From positions 16,120,001-16,184,000 of the forward strand of contig OZ287751.1 of the NCBI GenBank assembly GCA_965649765.1: DNA of 64,000 bases. Reading direction: 5' to 3'. Origin of the DNA: Bispira polyomma (Eukaryota). The notes beneath the pieces are model-generated. The model was given only the letters and a program-made list of their open reading frames with translations, was not told the DNA's origin and did not search any database. This document shows, one piece after another, positions 37,663 through 51,578 of this stretch (positions are counted from its first letter, which is position 1; every line of letters starts with the position of its first letter). The translations under genes and the position numbers were made by a program.

Positions 37663-40514
37663 TCAAGTCCCTACGTGTATGCTGGGGCCGAGGATTGAAC
37701 CTGTCTTACCACGACACCTGTCTTACCACTACACCACTGAGTAGAATAACACACAAAAAAACCCACCCAAATGAGGGTATACTAAACGTCATGCAGATCA
37801 GGGTCACATCATTCAGTACTCCCATCACATGCTCGGGGATTTTAGTGGCAGGGCGTGTGTGGCTTCTATGTGGTGTCTTCAGATGCACACACAGGCCAAA
37901 AGTAATAGAAAAGCCATTAGTATGGAATCAAACACTGTCTTGATTAATTCACTGGTTTGAGGGCCTTGCTCTTAAAAGCCACAAAGTTAATATAACATTC
38001 ACTATTAAGTGTTGCCGCCTCATATCATCTCTGTGTATTTTTAATTTTTTAAAAAGGTTCTGCTGGGGAAGTATAATTATGGGATGCAAAATAATACAGC
38101 TGAAATACGAGTGAAAGCATGAGTAATTAGTTTTAAGGTGAGGAGTAGAAAACCATCGACTTAAGAATAATTTTCTTATATGAACAGTGTTTATTGGGTC
38201 TCAAGTTTAAGTGATGGATGATGTTTTGACACTGACCTGGATTTGCTGCAACCCCCCCCCCACCCCCCCACCCCACCCCCACCCCACCCCCCCCCCCCAA
38301 AAAAAAAAAAACCCATTGCAGTTGATATTAAGCTCACAGAAATGTATTTTTCTTCCCAATACTACAGAGTTTAAATCATACAACAGAGGTAAACTAGTGT
38401 TGCAGTACTTCAGAATAAAATAGTGTTATAGAATTTTTGTGAAAAAGGATATTTGGGATATTTAGAATAATGCTGGGCCAAGATTAAAGCAAGTCTAACT
38501 CTAATATAACCCTATAGACTACCCTCAGTGTTAGAACTGAACTATTTTGGTTATCCAACTATATATAGCAGGAATGGAAGTACATGGACAGCAGCCTTAA
38601 GGTATGGATTTCGATCAATACTTGCCCCCAAGAAAGTCTTACTGAAGATCAGCAATAGAACACAAAATTATTGACCTTGTTATTCTCTTACTAATTGTCT
38701 TTACAACTTTGAACTTCAAATTCAGTTAATCTGATCAGTACCCTGGGGAAATGAGTCTTATTTAAGATCAGCAATAGAATACCTAGCATCTCTAGACTAA
38801 TTGAGTGTCATTGATTAAAATGCAACATAGGAGCAGCCACAGTAGAGAGGTCGATGGGTTCAATGTTAATATCTGATATATAAGGACATTGATGAATGGT
38901 AAAAGGCAAAACAAAACACATAGATTCTAGTCCCCCAAAAAATGAACAGCCTGATGAAGTTGTGCTGAATATGTATGAATGAATCTTCCATCTGTGGGTA
39001 TTAAAAAAGTGAATGGAGCAAATGGGTAATTGATGTATCATGTTATGGGGGGTGAAATCATAAGCACTGATGTGATACAAGATTTGTGGCATTGAAGTGG
39101 AGGCGGTGGGGTTGGGTAGTTGGGGGCATTACAGTTCTTGTTGCAGAGCATTAACTCAGCACACACAAGCCAGAATTGTCTACTTATTACCTCCACAAAG
39201 GAGGTAATGTTTTTGACGGGGCCATGAGTAACGTAACTGTCACACCGCTCTGATGAAGAGCCATATGCATGATCATACAACGTTTGAAAATGTTACATAA
39301 AGTATCGCAAAGTAAGCATTACTTATGTTTACGTTTCTTGACATTATAATAAAAATAATTGAAACATTTATATAGCTCCAAATTGATGAGAACATCCTCT
39401 AAGGCACTGATATGCAAGAAGGGAAAATCAAGGGGCAAGCAAAGGTTGTTACCAAAAAGCATCCACCAAGGGAAGGCTGACTAAGGAGGGGCGGTAACAT
39501 TATATGCCACTACAGCATCATCTACTTTGAGTCCGCTGCCACAATGTCTTTAGAATTAGAGACATTTGCTATCCAATTCAGAAATTTTATGTCACGTGCC
39601 GACCCCTGAGTATTACTTTATATCAAAAATTAGAATGAATTGTGACGTTTACATATGTTGAATTATTTATATGTTATGTTGCGACGAAGTATGACTAATT
39701 AGGAACGATTTGTAGAAACGTAGTTAATTATGTCACAATGACTATTTCAACATGTTTGCCCTACGATACCGAGTACTACATTCCAATGTTCATGTATATG
39801 TTAGGGTACGATGCTACGTGTACTTGTAGCCAGACCATTATAGTAAGGATGTCTATCTGGCATACAAAATGAGTTGATAGGGGAAAAGTAATCACAGGTC
39901 ATTATTGTGCAGGTTAGGGTATAGTTCAGTGGTAAATCCTTTAAAAATGCTAGTTTATCAGTGACTCAATACTGTTATGTGAGTTGCTACTTAAAAAACC
40001 CTACCTGATCCATATACATTTGATTTTTATATATTAACATTTTTCTATGTTGTTTAATTTTTTTCATTTCAATTTTATCTGTGTTAATTTTCTAGAACAA
40101 GTGGAGACTAATAAAGTACATCTCAAACAATGGCTAAATTATATTTATTTTATGACATATAGCCTTCCCCACTGATATTTCGATCTACAACAGAGGGTAG
40201 TTTACATTTCAACATTGACTACCTAGCCGGATGAAATGTCACACATAAAAGTTATCAGTGTAATTCACTGAACAATGCCAGTAGTTGTAATGTAAACCAG
40301 ATAGAAACTCTTGCTTATTCAAGATATTAAATCAGTTTGTACATTTGTAAATCTAAAATAAAACAAAAAAATGGTTAAGGGAATTCTGTTCAGAAAAAAA
40401 CATGTCACCTCTGAAACTCTGCACCATTATAGTAACTGAAGCCTGTGTATTGAGAGTATCTGTCTTGTTTCTGAGATAACTAGTCCTGTGTACTATAGTT
40501 AGGTTATGTATTCT

Positions 40515-40850
40515 CTGGTCTCTAAGGCCTAGTGGTTAGAGTGTAGGACTTCGTATCTCAGGGATCTTGAGAACCAAGGTTTGATCCTCTCTGAAGGCCT
40601 GGAGATTGTACCCTTGGACAAGGTGCTTTACACAAAGTTGTCTCTTTCTACCCAGGTGTGTAAATGGGTACCTGGCTGCCAATGGGTGTTAGTCTCTGCA
40701 CCGTATGTGGCAGTATGCTTCCTGAGGGAGCTGAGACTGAACAACGGTCGACAAGTTGAAGAACCTAGGCTGGGGGTGTAAACTGTAAAGTTGACTGAGA
40801 CCTCAATAGAGGTGATATCAAAATATAAACCTACACACATTTACATTTCC
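40515..40850 (+). mobile_element. tRNA-derived CORE-like SINE (family 2)
   Basis: A-box ggcctagtggtt, B-box ggtttgatcc, CORE-like cccttggacaaggtgctttac..gtaaatggg, tail (acattt)n; second copy at 62925-63206. Confidence 0.75.
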
Positions 40851-41339
40851 CACATGACATTTACATTCCAAGTTTGCATTGATTAAACACATGACAAGAT
40901 GCACTACTAGCTGTATATGTACTAGAAGGACATTCAGTAGAGTATATAACCCCACTAGGGTGCCACAGTGCCTCCTTATTAGACAATTGGCAGTGACAAT
41001 AATGTTATATAAAGCTGCTTGCTGAGAATAGCTAGATAAAATGAAAAAAATGGAAAACTGGGGATAAGCGCATAGCACCACCGAATTCCATCTAAATCGG
41101 GGCAGTAGTATTTTTATGCAATCCTGATGGAAAACTAATGAACAAACCAATCAAAGGACATCGACAGAAGAATAAACTCCTTGGAGGAGGAACTTACTAA
41201 CTGGGTATCAAAGGACTGATTCATATCGTGGTTGATGGTGTTGAATTAAGCCATCTCAAAAATATGTAAGCAATATAAAAACGAGCGAAAATGCAATAAA
41301 AATAAATATAAAGGGATAAACAAAAAGACATTTTAAAAA

Positions 41340-41466
41340 TCGTTTCTCATGTGATGCTCCTAAGCTGTGGAATGATCTGCCTCATGATATGCGCACTGCC
41401 TCCTCACTTACCTGTTTTAGGAAAAAGCTCAAAAACTACCTAATTAGCAAGGCTTTTCCACCTTAG
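41340..41466 (+). mobile_element. L2-clade LINE 3' end
   Basis: FSCDAPKLWNDLPHDMRTASSLTCFRKKLKNYLISKAFPP*. Confidence 0.8.
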
Positions 41467-42169
41467 CCTTCTTACCTTTTTCCAGCTTCTCAATCATCAC
41501 AACCCGATCGTAACCCAATGGCTATATGAAATGGCTGTATGAAATATTCTCATGCACCTTAAAAATTGCTAGCACGGAGATTAGCGTTATAACATTTGAT
41601 TGGATAGATTAGACATAAAAAGTAAATAAATAGTGTTTTTTTGTAGAAGTGCCACAAGGGAGATTTAGGTAAACATTGAATGAGAACTCTTGATGATAAA
41701 CACATTTATTACTAGATTGTCTCGTATGCAAGAACTTAGCAAGGAAGAGCAAGTAATGTTGTCTTAAGTCAGAAATGAAGATTGACTCTGAAGGTCAGAA
41801 GGCATTACTGAGAGATGAATTAACTATAAATCTTACTTTGAAACCCTAAACACGGTGAAGAGAATTTTCTTTCAAAGCAGCTTTTGGACATTTCCTATTT
41901 CACATAGGGATGAACCCTGTTGATTTATATCTTGTTTAAAAGCCCATACTATAGTGTTGTTTAAATTTCTAAGAAAAAAATGTAAGGGTTTACATCAAGT
42001 CTATAAAGGTATTGATAACATAAAACAATAAAAATGATCATAAACTTTGCCAAACTTAAATAAAATAGAAACTATACCTGACCTTTTAATTAAGTACAAT
42101 ATGAACAAAATAAAGAGTGTAGATAATGTCGATAAAACATGTTATAGCTTAGAAATAAAGGATTTATTT

Positions 42170-42406
42170 ATTTCAATTTAATTTGGTCTTTTTAAGTTTC
42201 ACCTTGCTTTCAACAGCCTTGGTCATATTGCAACGACCAAGTTTCAGTAAGGGGGGAAACGAGTGCTGGAGTAAACCACCAACCTTCAGCAAGTACCTGA
42301 CAAACTTTTTCACATAAAGTACGAATTTGTGGCATTCGATCCCCAGAGGTGAGAGGCCTGTGATTATAAAGCAGATGCTTTCAACCATTATTACACCACC
42401 GCAGCC
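42170..42406 (-). mobile_element. Diverged tRNA-derived SINE (family 1 relative)
   Basis: Shares cccagaggtgagag..gtgatt..aacca..accgcagcc with the 43898 and 51328 copies. Confidence 0.6.
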
Positions 42407-43897
42407 ACTCTTAAAATTAAAAAAAAGCACTGGACTACTTTATGGGTGTTATGGTATAACCTTCGGGGAACACCTGGGGTCGGCTTCTCTGGATCAATAA
42501 AAGTTAAAAGATCTGATAATGGACATTGATGGGCTTTTTTTGTGGCGTCTAATCGATCAGTCCATAAATACCAATTCATCCCATTGGCAGATCCCCAGTT
42601 TGTATTTTTTACAGTAAGGGACCATTGCAATGGATTGTTCCTGCCATAAATCAAGCCATCCGTGGAACAATCCAATTGCCACAATTCCCAAATCTGCCCA
42701 AACTGCCATTTCAGTCGTAAGCAGCAATATAGGCCACCCTAATTTGCTAGAGTATTCATTTTGGAGGCAGTTAGTGTCTCTTATGACATTAGTGTGCTTT
42801 AAATCATATTTGTCATAAAATCCTAACAATATGAGCATCTTAATGTTTGAATGATTTATATTTGTCACCAACTTGTTTCAAAATTTTAATGTAAAAGTAC
42901 GACTTAATAATGATTTTATCAGAGGCAAAACAAGGTCTTTTAAATTTTGAAGAGGTGTCCCTTTAACTAGGCAATGGGAGAGAAAAATATTGTTTTTCTT
43001 CTATGGCTATCAGCATTATACTTGCTAACTCAAGTGATACATTGAACTATCAATTCAATTGTGTTTATAGTTTATAACCATTGAACGTTTGCAGCATTAA
43101 ACACCAAGTAAGGTTTTTTTTTAATGAAGTCGGGGCTATTTTCATTATGTAAACTCGTGTAAGTAATTATGTTTAGCAGTGCAACTAGGTTATTCTATGA
43201 CTGTTACTGATAGTTTGGTATCAGTCACATTATATGAAAGTTTGAAGGTATGTGAATCAAGCTTCTATAACTGCCCCAAACGGAAATCTTATCATAAAAA
43301 ATAAATTCATTCCCAATTATTAAATAGGTATTTATTGGTTATATTGTGGGGTTCAGGTGGCACTAAAATATAACACCTATTAAAATAAAGCTTAAATAAA
43401 ATTCACCCACTTGTAGTCAAAAGTGGTTAAAACTCTTCCTCCAGATCATTAGAACTTGGCCGATTGGGAGAAATGCTCATTTCCATATCATTCACCAGAT
43501 CATGCCCCGGATATGCCCTGTTTAATCCCAGTTTATGCCCAGGATATGTTCAGTTGTTTTTACCAGATCTCACCAGTTTATGCCTAGAACCGATGTAAGC
43601 AGTTCATCACACATTCATGCAACGTTTGCTACAGATAACACTAGCTTACACCAAATTACACAAGTTCTGTCCAGATCACACAAGTTCTGAGCAGTTTATG
43701 CCCTGTTAATGCTGCGACCACACCACTGGTCTCCAGTTTTTTCAAAATGTGCTTTTAGAGCTGATCACCAATTTTAAAACTTCCGACTCTGCCTCTCATT
43801 CCTGCCAATTTTACCATTTTATGGCCAAATGTTAGACGTTTACTCCTATTCACACAAGTTTTTCATATCAAGTGTAAACAGCCCGATAGAATGTGAA

Positions 43898-44150
43898 TTT
43901 TTTTTTATTTGGATGTTTAACATCCACTCTAGTATCTGTTTAGGTTATATTGGGACGGGTAGTTGGAAACGCTGGAGGAAACACTGCATACAGTTGATCA
44001 AGGTTCTGCACTGAAACCAGCAGCCCACAGTAAGGAACTATCACCTTTCCCACATAGGCATCGACGGGATTCGAACTCACACCGCCCAGAGGTGAGAGAC
44101 CAGTGATTGTGAAGTGCAATGCTTGCTAACCACTAGGCCACCGCGGCCCC
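43898..44150 (-). mobile_element. tRNA-derived SINE (family 1), full length with TSD
   Basis: A-box TGGCCTAGTGG, B-box GTTCGAATCC; TSD atagaatgtgaa at 43886-43897 and 44155-44166. Confidence 0.85.
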
Positions 44151-44360
44151 CCCTATAGAATGTGAAGATGTGAATGCTACATTGAGGAGGCTAAGCATGA
44201 AAGGGTCAATATTATTACTTCTATAGTGCCACAATTGTTGGCGAGGTATCCTCTGTGGCACACATCCCAATCAGTATGCAAAAGAAGAGTCCGACAGAAG
44301 AAAAGGTTTGTGATCAGAGTTCAGTCGTAAACAGCAGACAAATGTTAGGGTTATAGAGAG

Positions 44361-45950
44361 GGCTGTTCCACAGTCAAGGATGATCTGGAGTAGCCCCGAT
44401 TTTTACGATCTTGGTGGCACCCTGCTGAATCCTCTGGACCACCTGCTGTAAAAGGAAATACCTTGAATTTTTAAAAATGCTTAAGACAATCCTGTGGTAC
44501 GCCAGGGTGATCTTGAAGGACCCAACGATTTAACTGCAACAAGCTACCCAGGTTGATCTTAACAATCGGGAAAGTCACCCAGGTTGATCCTAACAATCGG
44601 GAAGGTCACCCAGGTTGATCTTTACAACAATAAGGATTACATTTTGTTGTTTCAGTGGGATGGAGGAGGAAATACACCCAGATCAACCTGGGTGGCATTA
44701 GGGTTACTCGGGAGTACTCCAGATTATCTTGGCCCAGAGGGGGGTAAAATTTTAAATCGGGGCATTTTCTAAACATGTTTAGAAACTTGAAGATTGCACT
44801 ATTTGATCCCAGGATGGGCAGGATTACAATACTGACTGGCCATATCAATCCTGGAGTTACAGGATTACAACACTGACTGGCCAGATCAATCCTGGAGTTA
44901 CAGGATTACAACACTGACTGGCCAGATCAATCCTGGAGTTACAGGATTACAACACTGACTGGCCAGATCAATCCTGGAGTTACAGGATTACAACACTGAC
45001 TGGCCAGATCAATCCTGGAGTTAAAGGATTACAACACTGACTGGCCAGATCAATCCTGGAGTTACGGGATTACAACACTGACTGGCCAGATCAATCCTGG
45101 AGTTACGGGATTACAACACTGACTGGCCAGATCAATCCTGGAGTTACGGGATTACAACACTGACTGGCCAGATCAATCCTGGAGTTACGGGATTACAACA
45201 CTGACTGGCCAGATCAATCCTGGAGTTACGGGATTACAACACTGACTGGCCAGATCAATCCTGGAGTTACGGGATTACAACACTGACTGGCCAGATCAAT
45301 CCTGGAGTTACAGGATTACAACACTGACTGGCCAGATCAATCCTGGAGTTACAGGATTACAACACTGACTGGCCAGATCAATCCTGGAGTTACAGGATTA
45401 CAACACTGACTGGCCAGATCAATCCTGGAATTACAGGATTACAACACTGACTGGTCAGATCAATCCTGGAGTTACAGGATTACAACACTGACTGGCCAGA
45501 TCAATCCTGGAGTTACAGGATTACAACACTGACTGGCCAGATCAATCCTGGAGTTACAGGATTACAACACTGACTGGCCAGATCAATCCTGGAGTTACAG
45601 GATTACAACACTGACTGGCCAGATCAATCCTGGAGTTACAGGATTACAACACTGACTGGCCATATCAATCCTGGAGTTACAGGATTACAACACTGACTGT
45701 CCAGATCAATCCTGGAGTTACAGGATTACAACACTGACTGGCCAGATCAATCCTGGAGTTACAGGATTACAACACTGACTGGCCAGATCAATCCTGGAGT
45801 TACAGGATTACAACACTGACTGGCCAGATCAATCCTGGAGTTACAGGATTACAACACTGACTGGCCAGATCAATCCTGGAGTTACAGGATTACGGCCATG
45901 GTGTCAAAAATTGGGGCTGCTCCCAATCTATCTTGACAATGGAACAGGGG
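44361..45950. mobile_element. Non-autonomous TIR DNA element carrying an internal tandem array
   Basis: ~50-bp imperfect TIRs: ctgttccacagtcaaggatgatctggagtagccccgattttt versus the reverse complement of aaaaattggggctgctcccaatctatcttgacaatggaacag. Confidence 0.7.
44819..45893. repeat. 26 x 41-bp tandem repeat
   Basis: Unit caggattacaacactgactggccagatcaatcctggagtta; near-identical copies with no spacers. Confidence 0.97.
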
Positions 45951-48900
45951 TATAAGCGTTACTTGTTTTGATTGTGGATATCAGTGGGAATATTGTTCCA
46001 CCCATCTAGAGTAAAACAAGAACTAGCAATTATATCAACCCTTTTCCTCATACTTTTTACCAATTTAATGTGAGGTCAGTGGGACATATCATAGAATTGA
46101 ATTGATTCGTTGATTTTAAGACACATATATAACACCATGTAAATAAAGAATCTATTTCTGCAGAACAGAGTCAATTCATGCCATGGCCTACTGTAATTAA
46201 ACCACTAATAAATTGCTTTGGACAGTTTCTTTACACCAACAATATTACTGCACTGGGTCTGTTAAATCTGACATACTAGTGAATAAAAGCTGGCTCTCAG
46301 CTATCACCGGGAGGTCACGTGTTAATTGCCCATAAAAAACTGCACAATTACCCAGAATATATCACCTTTAATGGAAAGCCTTGCTTGTCTTAGTAGTCAA
46401 TCAATAGGGATCTTTGAAAAAACTCCCCTCTACAAAAATAAAATATAACAGAAAAGGTGAGTTTACAAAAGTAAAGCTAAGCACGTGTTAATACAAAATG
46501 TAATGCAGACACAACAGAAACATCTGTATTTACATGGAAGATATTAACGAAACACCTGTATTTACTTTCATTGCTTTTAGTAACTCTACTGACAACTTCA
46601 CAAAATGCATAATGAGAACGAGACACGAATCTACAATCGCAGAAGTGGGTGCCGAGAGAGTTAGCACTAAAACACCAGGATAATCTTGTTGTAGCAAATA
46701 TTTAAGCACATGTCATCTGTATCACATTTGACAACAATGACCACAGTATTCACGAAATGGAAGAGTTCAAGGAAAGGATCTACCTGTAGCTAAGAATATT
46801 AAAAACCAAGACAATCAAATACAATAATATAAAAATGTACACATTTCTACTTAATGAGTACCTAATCCAGCCTGTGTTTAAATGTATAGTCTGTAAAGAG
46901 CTGCTGTAAGCCTATCAATAAACCTTGTATCTATTTATTTATTGGTCTGCATTAACCCAAGAAAACATATTGAACATGATCACCACACCTAACAGAATTA
47001 GGTAATCACAGTGCAGTGACATGTGTTTAACATCTATACCTTTTTTTCTATACCTGGGTTACTTTCTAGTGCTTAAGGCAGCTTTGCACAAGTAACAATT
47101 GTCTGGTAACTTGTAGGCAAGGGTTTTTATTAATTTTGATTTAGGGGACAACCCCCCTCCTCCCATATATGGTAGCCAATAAACAATGATAATTTTACTC
47201 CAGTTAGATTAAGACTCATATATACCATAATGGTAATAACTCTTTGTGTATGTTGGGGTGATATCTGTATATCACAGAGGAAGCCTTCCTTATTTCCAAC
47301 TGTTGCTAATGGCCTTTTATGGCCAAGAAGTTGTTAAATCTCCTCCGAGTCTGTTCCAATCACCTCCCCACCTTCTCCCCGTCTCCCCACAAAGCTAAGG
47401 AACCAGAACGAGGCTCGGGTTTACATTAACGGCGCCCCACTTGCTGTTTTGAAAACTTAAACCACATTTCTGTGATTCCGTTGCTTGGGTGGGAGGGGAT
47501 GTAGTTACACTTGTATATAAACAACCAACTGTTAGAAGGACGTCTGATAGAAAAGACTTCTTAATTACATTTGCATGTACACTGGTTGTCTGGTAAGTTG
47601 GAAAAATGGAAAGAGGCTGTTTGAAATTTTAGCAAAGGATTGTTAGAAGATAAGGTGGCGATAAGGTGACATTTGATATACTTGTATTAAGGTTGTAATT
47701 TGTTTTTTGACCAGTTATGATGTACAGATGCGGAATAGTGTAAAGTTATATACACACACAGTACTTCAAAAGAAAAGAAGAGAAGAATAAAAACAACCAG
47801 AAATAGGTATGACAGATGCCTAAGCAATAAAATGAGAGTTCAATCAAAGGCTCTCACAGCTGGGGGAAGCTGAGACTTTCAGTGTTGTCACCACAGAGCT
47901 ATAGATAATGTGTTATATTGAGTAACATGTTTAAACTCAGTGTGTAGAGTTACAATAAGGGTTTAATACACCAAAAGACTGAAAGCTAGTGGATATTTTA
48001 GATGGATATATAAAAAAGTTAGTTGCTGCTTTATCAGTGGTACACATAAGATGATGCTCTAGTTGTTTGATTTTGTTATTTACATATCACAGGTTATTAG
48101 GAGGGATATATCAAACCACTCTGCTGATTGCTAACTGTGTAAAAATAATACCCACGTGTTATATAGAGATTGTAGAGAAGTTGAACACATGGTTATATCA
48201 CAGGATATTTAAACATACTACCAGATAGTCCAGTTGGTAATTGGAGGGATTATATCATAGCTCTAAGGAAGGATAACATTTTAATTTGTCAAAACTTACT
48301 CTTATTTGGAGGTATATCTTTCATATTTTAAACAGGATACATATATATCAACACAAACAACAACATCATGGACGGGTAAGTCTGGAACTATTTATAGTAT
48401 AGGCGGATTTTATGTTTATGTGTTATGTCTATATATACACACATGTTATTTTTGTTCCTGTCAGCAGCTATTGATGATATATGAATATTTGATCTTACAG
48501 TCGTGAGAAATTGTGTATAACCACAGCCGACTACTTATCTCTTACAAACCCTAATTCATATATCCTAATGTACATGTATTTATAGAGAAACAAAGATGTG
48601 GCCTCGTTATCAATTCATTTCATTTTATAAACAAAGCATTTACCTTTTATTGTTTTATGCATATTTAACTTCCTTTCTTGTAGTAACAGAAAAATAATTC
48701 TAATACAGTTCTTCGTTTACTCCCAGAATTTCAAGTGGTGTATAGGTGAGGGTTTGTTTTGTCTGTAAAACAAGTCAGGCACGATGGATGTGTTTATCGC
48801 TTTTGTGTCCTTGCAATTTTAATATTTTTGTCATGAAGAATTGATATAACTCTGCTGGAAAGACCAACATCAGCTGTTACTAGCCAAAAAGAATTCCAGT

Positions 48901-50704
48901 CTAAATAAGACTTTTTGGATCTTTTTCAATAGATAATCCTTTTATAATACTTTTTTGGGGTTTCATACTTTCAGCGGCCTCTTTTCAGCTAGACCTTTTA
49001 TCACTGCAGCAGTTTAATTTAGTAGTTCTGAATGTCTGTTGTGTGGATGATTAGTTTATTTCTCATTTCGGAGATTCAATCGCGAATACAATAAGACCCT
49101 TTTGAGAACTTGGAGCAATCAGAACCTCTTCAGGTAAAATCAATTGAAAAAGGTCCACCCGGAACATAAAATATTTCTTTGTCCCTAAAGCACAGATAAT
49201 TTATGTTTATGAGGAATAAGTACAAACATTTATGGCTGTCTATATCAAGGAAGAACAGAAACAAGTCACCATAAGTTTAATCCACACGTTCAATTACTAA
49301 CTACTCTAGGTTGACCCCCCCCCCCCCCCCACATCTGTAGTAACAACAAGATGTTGCTAATTAGTAATCGAGTAATATGCTTTGGTTAGTTAGTCTCGCT
49401 TGGGAATTTTTCTGGTTATTTTTGAAACCGGTCGTTACAGGATCGTAAAAGATGAGAATAGTATCTCAAGAAAACAGTCAGTAAAAGAATGAATGTGTTT
49501 ACTTTGTCCACTTAATATTTTCACTTTGCATTTTTTAATTGACTTCCCATTGTACAGGTTTAAGGTGATTGAATCTGCCAATGTGAGCAATAGTAATTTT
49601 TTAACATTTCATAAAGCAGGATAAATTAACATTCTTGTTAAATAATTGTAATAAAGAAGTATCCAAAATGCTTGAGTTTGGCATGGGAACACCGGAAAAA
49701 ATGATCCTTCAATGCTGTCGATTTATATTAGTATAAGATGAAAGGTATTCTACTATAAAGGTATTCTACTTTAAAATTTACTCCACAATCAGTGATTAAC
49801 ATGTTTGCCTTATAAATGTTTATTGAGATAATTCTTCATTATATGTACATGTTATAAAAAATTAAAGCTATATCTGATATTGATGTGCACATCAAAATGT
49901 TATGTTCCATTTTAAAGTGACTAATAAGACCTTGTGGGCTGGGTATGACAATAATTGTTTTCTGTTAGTGTGACAATAAATGCATATACTTGTCACTGAA
50001 ATAAACCATTATCTATCTCTATCTAGCTAGCTAGTCACAAACCCATTCACTAGGGTATTGGAGGTAAACTCTAAGGGAAGGTGTTCTTTAAATACCATGC
50101 ACTACTTGTACTGTGCTGATTTTGACCTGATTCTGGAAAAAATACAATACCAACATGGCATAACCCAGTCATATTTTCAAAATAATAATTATATTTAAAT
50201 TACAGCTATTGAAAAAATGTTCAGCAGATTTCATATGTGGACTTATTTTATGCTAAGACCTTGCTTGGGGAGAACCTATTCTTGAAATGATGTTTTGCAT
50301 TGCAAAGTCTGATACTGTTCTACCTAATAGTTTCAAAATCAGTCTAGCCTTAATAGGTGTAGCTCATATTTTACCAGCAAAACCCCCAAAGTCAGAGAGA
50401 CAGATTTTCCCTCAAATTGTCCATTCATATGTGTCCCCAGATCATTAAGTTTCTCTCCTGACATCATACAGGCTTGATCCATGGCCTACCTCTATGGCTT
50501 TTGAATTGGTGGGTATTTTACCTCCTTATTTAGTAGTTAATCTTATTTAGTTAGTCTGCCAGTTGCATATTTTCTGAAATAGTCCAGAAGACCAATCTTC
50601 CCTACCAAGAAATACTTTAGGAATGTATGGCATCGAACCAGCTGAATCCAGGTTAGACTGATTTTATTATGTCTGGATCAAGCATGCAGTGTTCATAATT
50701 TCAA

Positions 50705-50843
50705 GACTGGATCTAAAGCTTTCTTTTTTGCTACCCCTATGTTATGTAATAGTCTCCCCATTGAGTTTACATCACTTGAAACACTTTTTGGTTTTAGAAA
50801 AGAGCTTAAAACCAATCTCTTCAAACTCGCCTACCTCCCCTAG
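50705..50843 (+). mobile_element. L2-clade LINE 3' end (decayed)
   Basis: GSKAF..NSLP..FGFRKELKTNLFKLAYLP*. Confidence 0.65.
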
Positions 50844-51184
50844 TTCCCTCCTTGTACACCTCAAATCCTTCCTCAGGACCTTGCCAATTATTTTGACTTC
50901 TCTATTAGTTAACTAATTCTGTTGTTGCGCTATAATTTGCTAATGCTTCCCTGTTAATATACAATAGTACACTATTGTTCCTAAATGAATCAGCAAAATA
51001 TTGGTCATGTGGTCGCACTAGACGTATGCAGTGAATTGAAGGATTCCTGTTAGAATGAGCTGCAATAACTACTGGCAATGCGTTAGGATCATGCCTCATT
51101 ATTGCAACTTAGTAGTCAGAATTATAAACAATTAGGACTTAAACAAACTCACTTGCTAGCTTGATTTGTAGTTCTTGCTGATTT

Positions 51185-51270
51185 TGTCATATCACCCCAG
51201 TTCTGAAATCTGTGCATTGGCTTCCAGTTAAACACTGTATCGCTTGTAAACTGCAAGTATTGTCTACAAA
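51185..51270 (+). mobile_element. L2-clade LINE ORF2 fragment
   Basis: HITPVLKSVHWLPVKHCIACKL. Confidence 0.7.
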
Positions 51271-51327
51271 AGTTTTTTTTCAAAATGGCATGTCACAGCA
51301 TTTCCAGCCTTGTTTTGTGTATTTACA

Positions 51328-51578
51328 TTTGAATTTGGATATTTAACGTCCACTCTAGTACCTTTTAGTAGGTTATATTGGGACGCGTAGTTAGAAACGC
51401 TGGAGGAAACACTGCATACAGTTGGTCAAGGTTCTGCAGAGAAACCAGCGGCCCACAGTAAGAAACTACCACCTTTCCCACATAGGTATCGACGGGATTC
51501 AAACTCACGCCGCCCAGAGGTGAGAGACCAGTGATTGTGAAGCGCAATGCTTGCTAACCACTAGGCCACCGCAGCCCC
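51328..51578 (-). mobile_element. tRNA-derived SINE (family 1), full length with 15-bp TSD
   Basis: TSD ttttgtgtatttaca at 51313-51327 and 51579-51593; highly similar to 43898-44150. Confidence 0.87.

Noticed and set aside
42391-42871. Overlapping 97 and 104 aa ORFs as a host gene or LINE fragment
   Set aside because: No recognisable motif or supporting splice structure.
43898-44150. Functional tRNA genes (also 51328-51578, 40515, 62925)
   Set aside because: A/B boxes continue into a SINE body and tail; the family-1 copies have TSDs; no complete cloverleaf recognised.
44819-45893. CRISPR-like array
   Set aside because: Units are contiguous and near identical, with no unique spacers; eukaryotic context and no cas genes.
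47330-47520. Solo 5' end of another YR element
   Set aside because: Only short similarities to the E1 leader (cccc.ca.agct, gctaaggg, gggtggg); insufficient.
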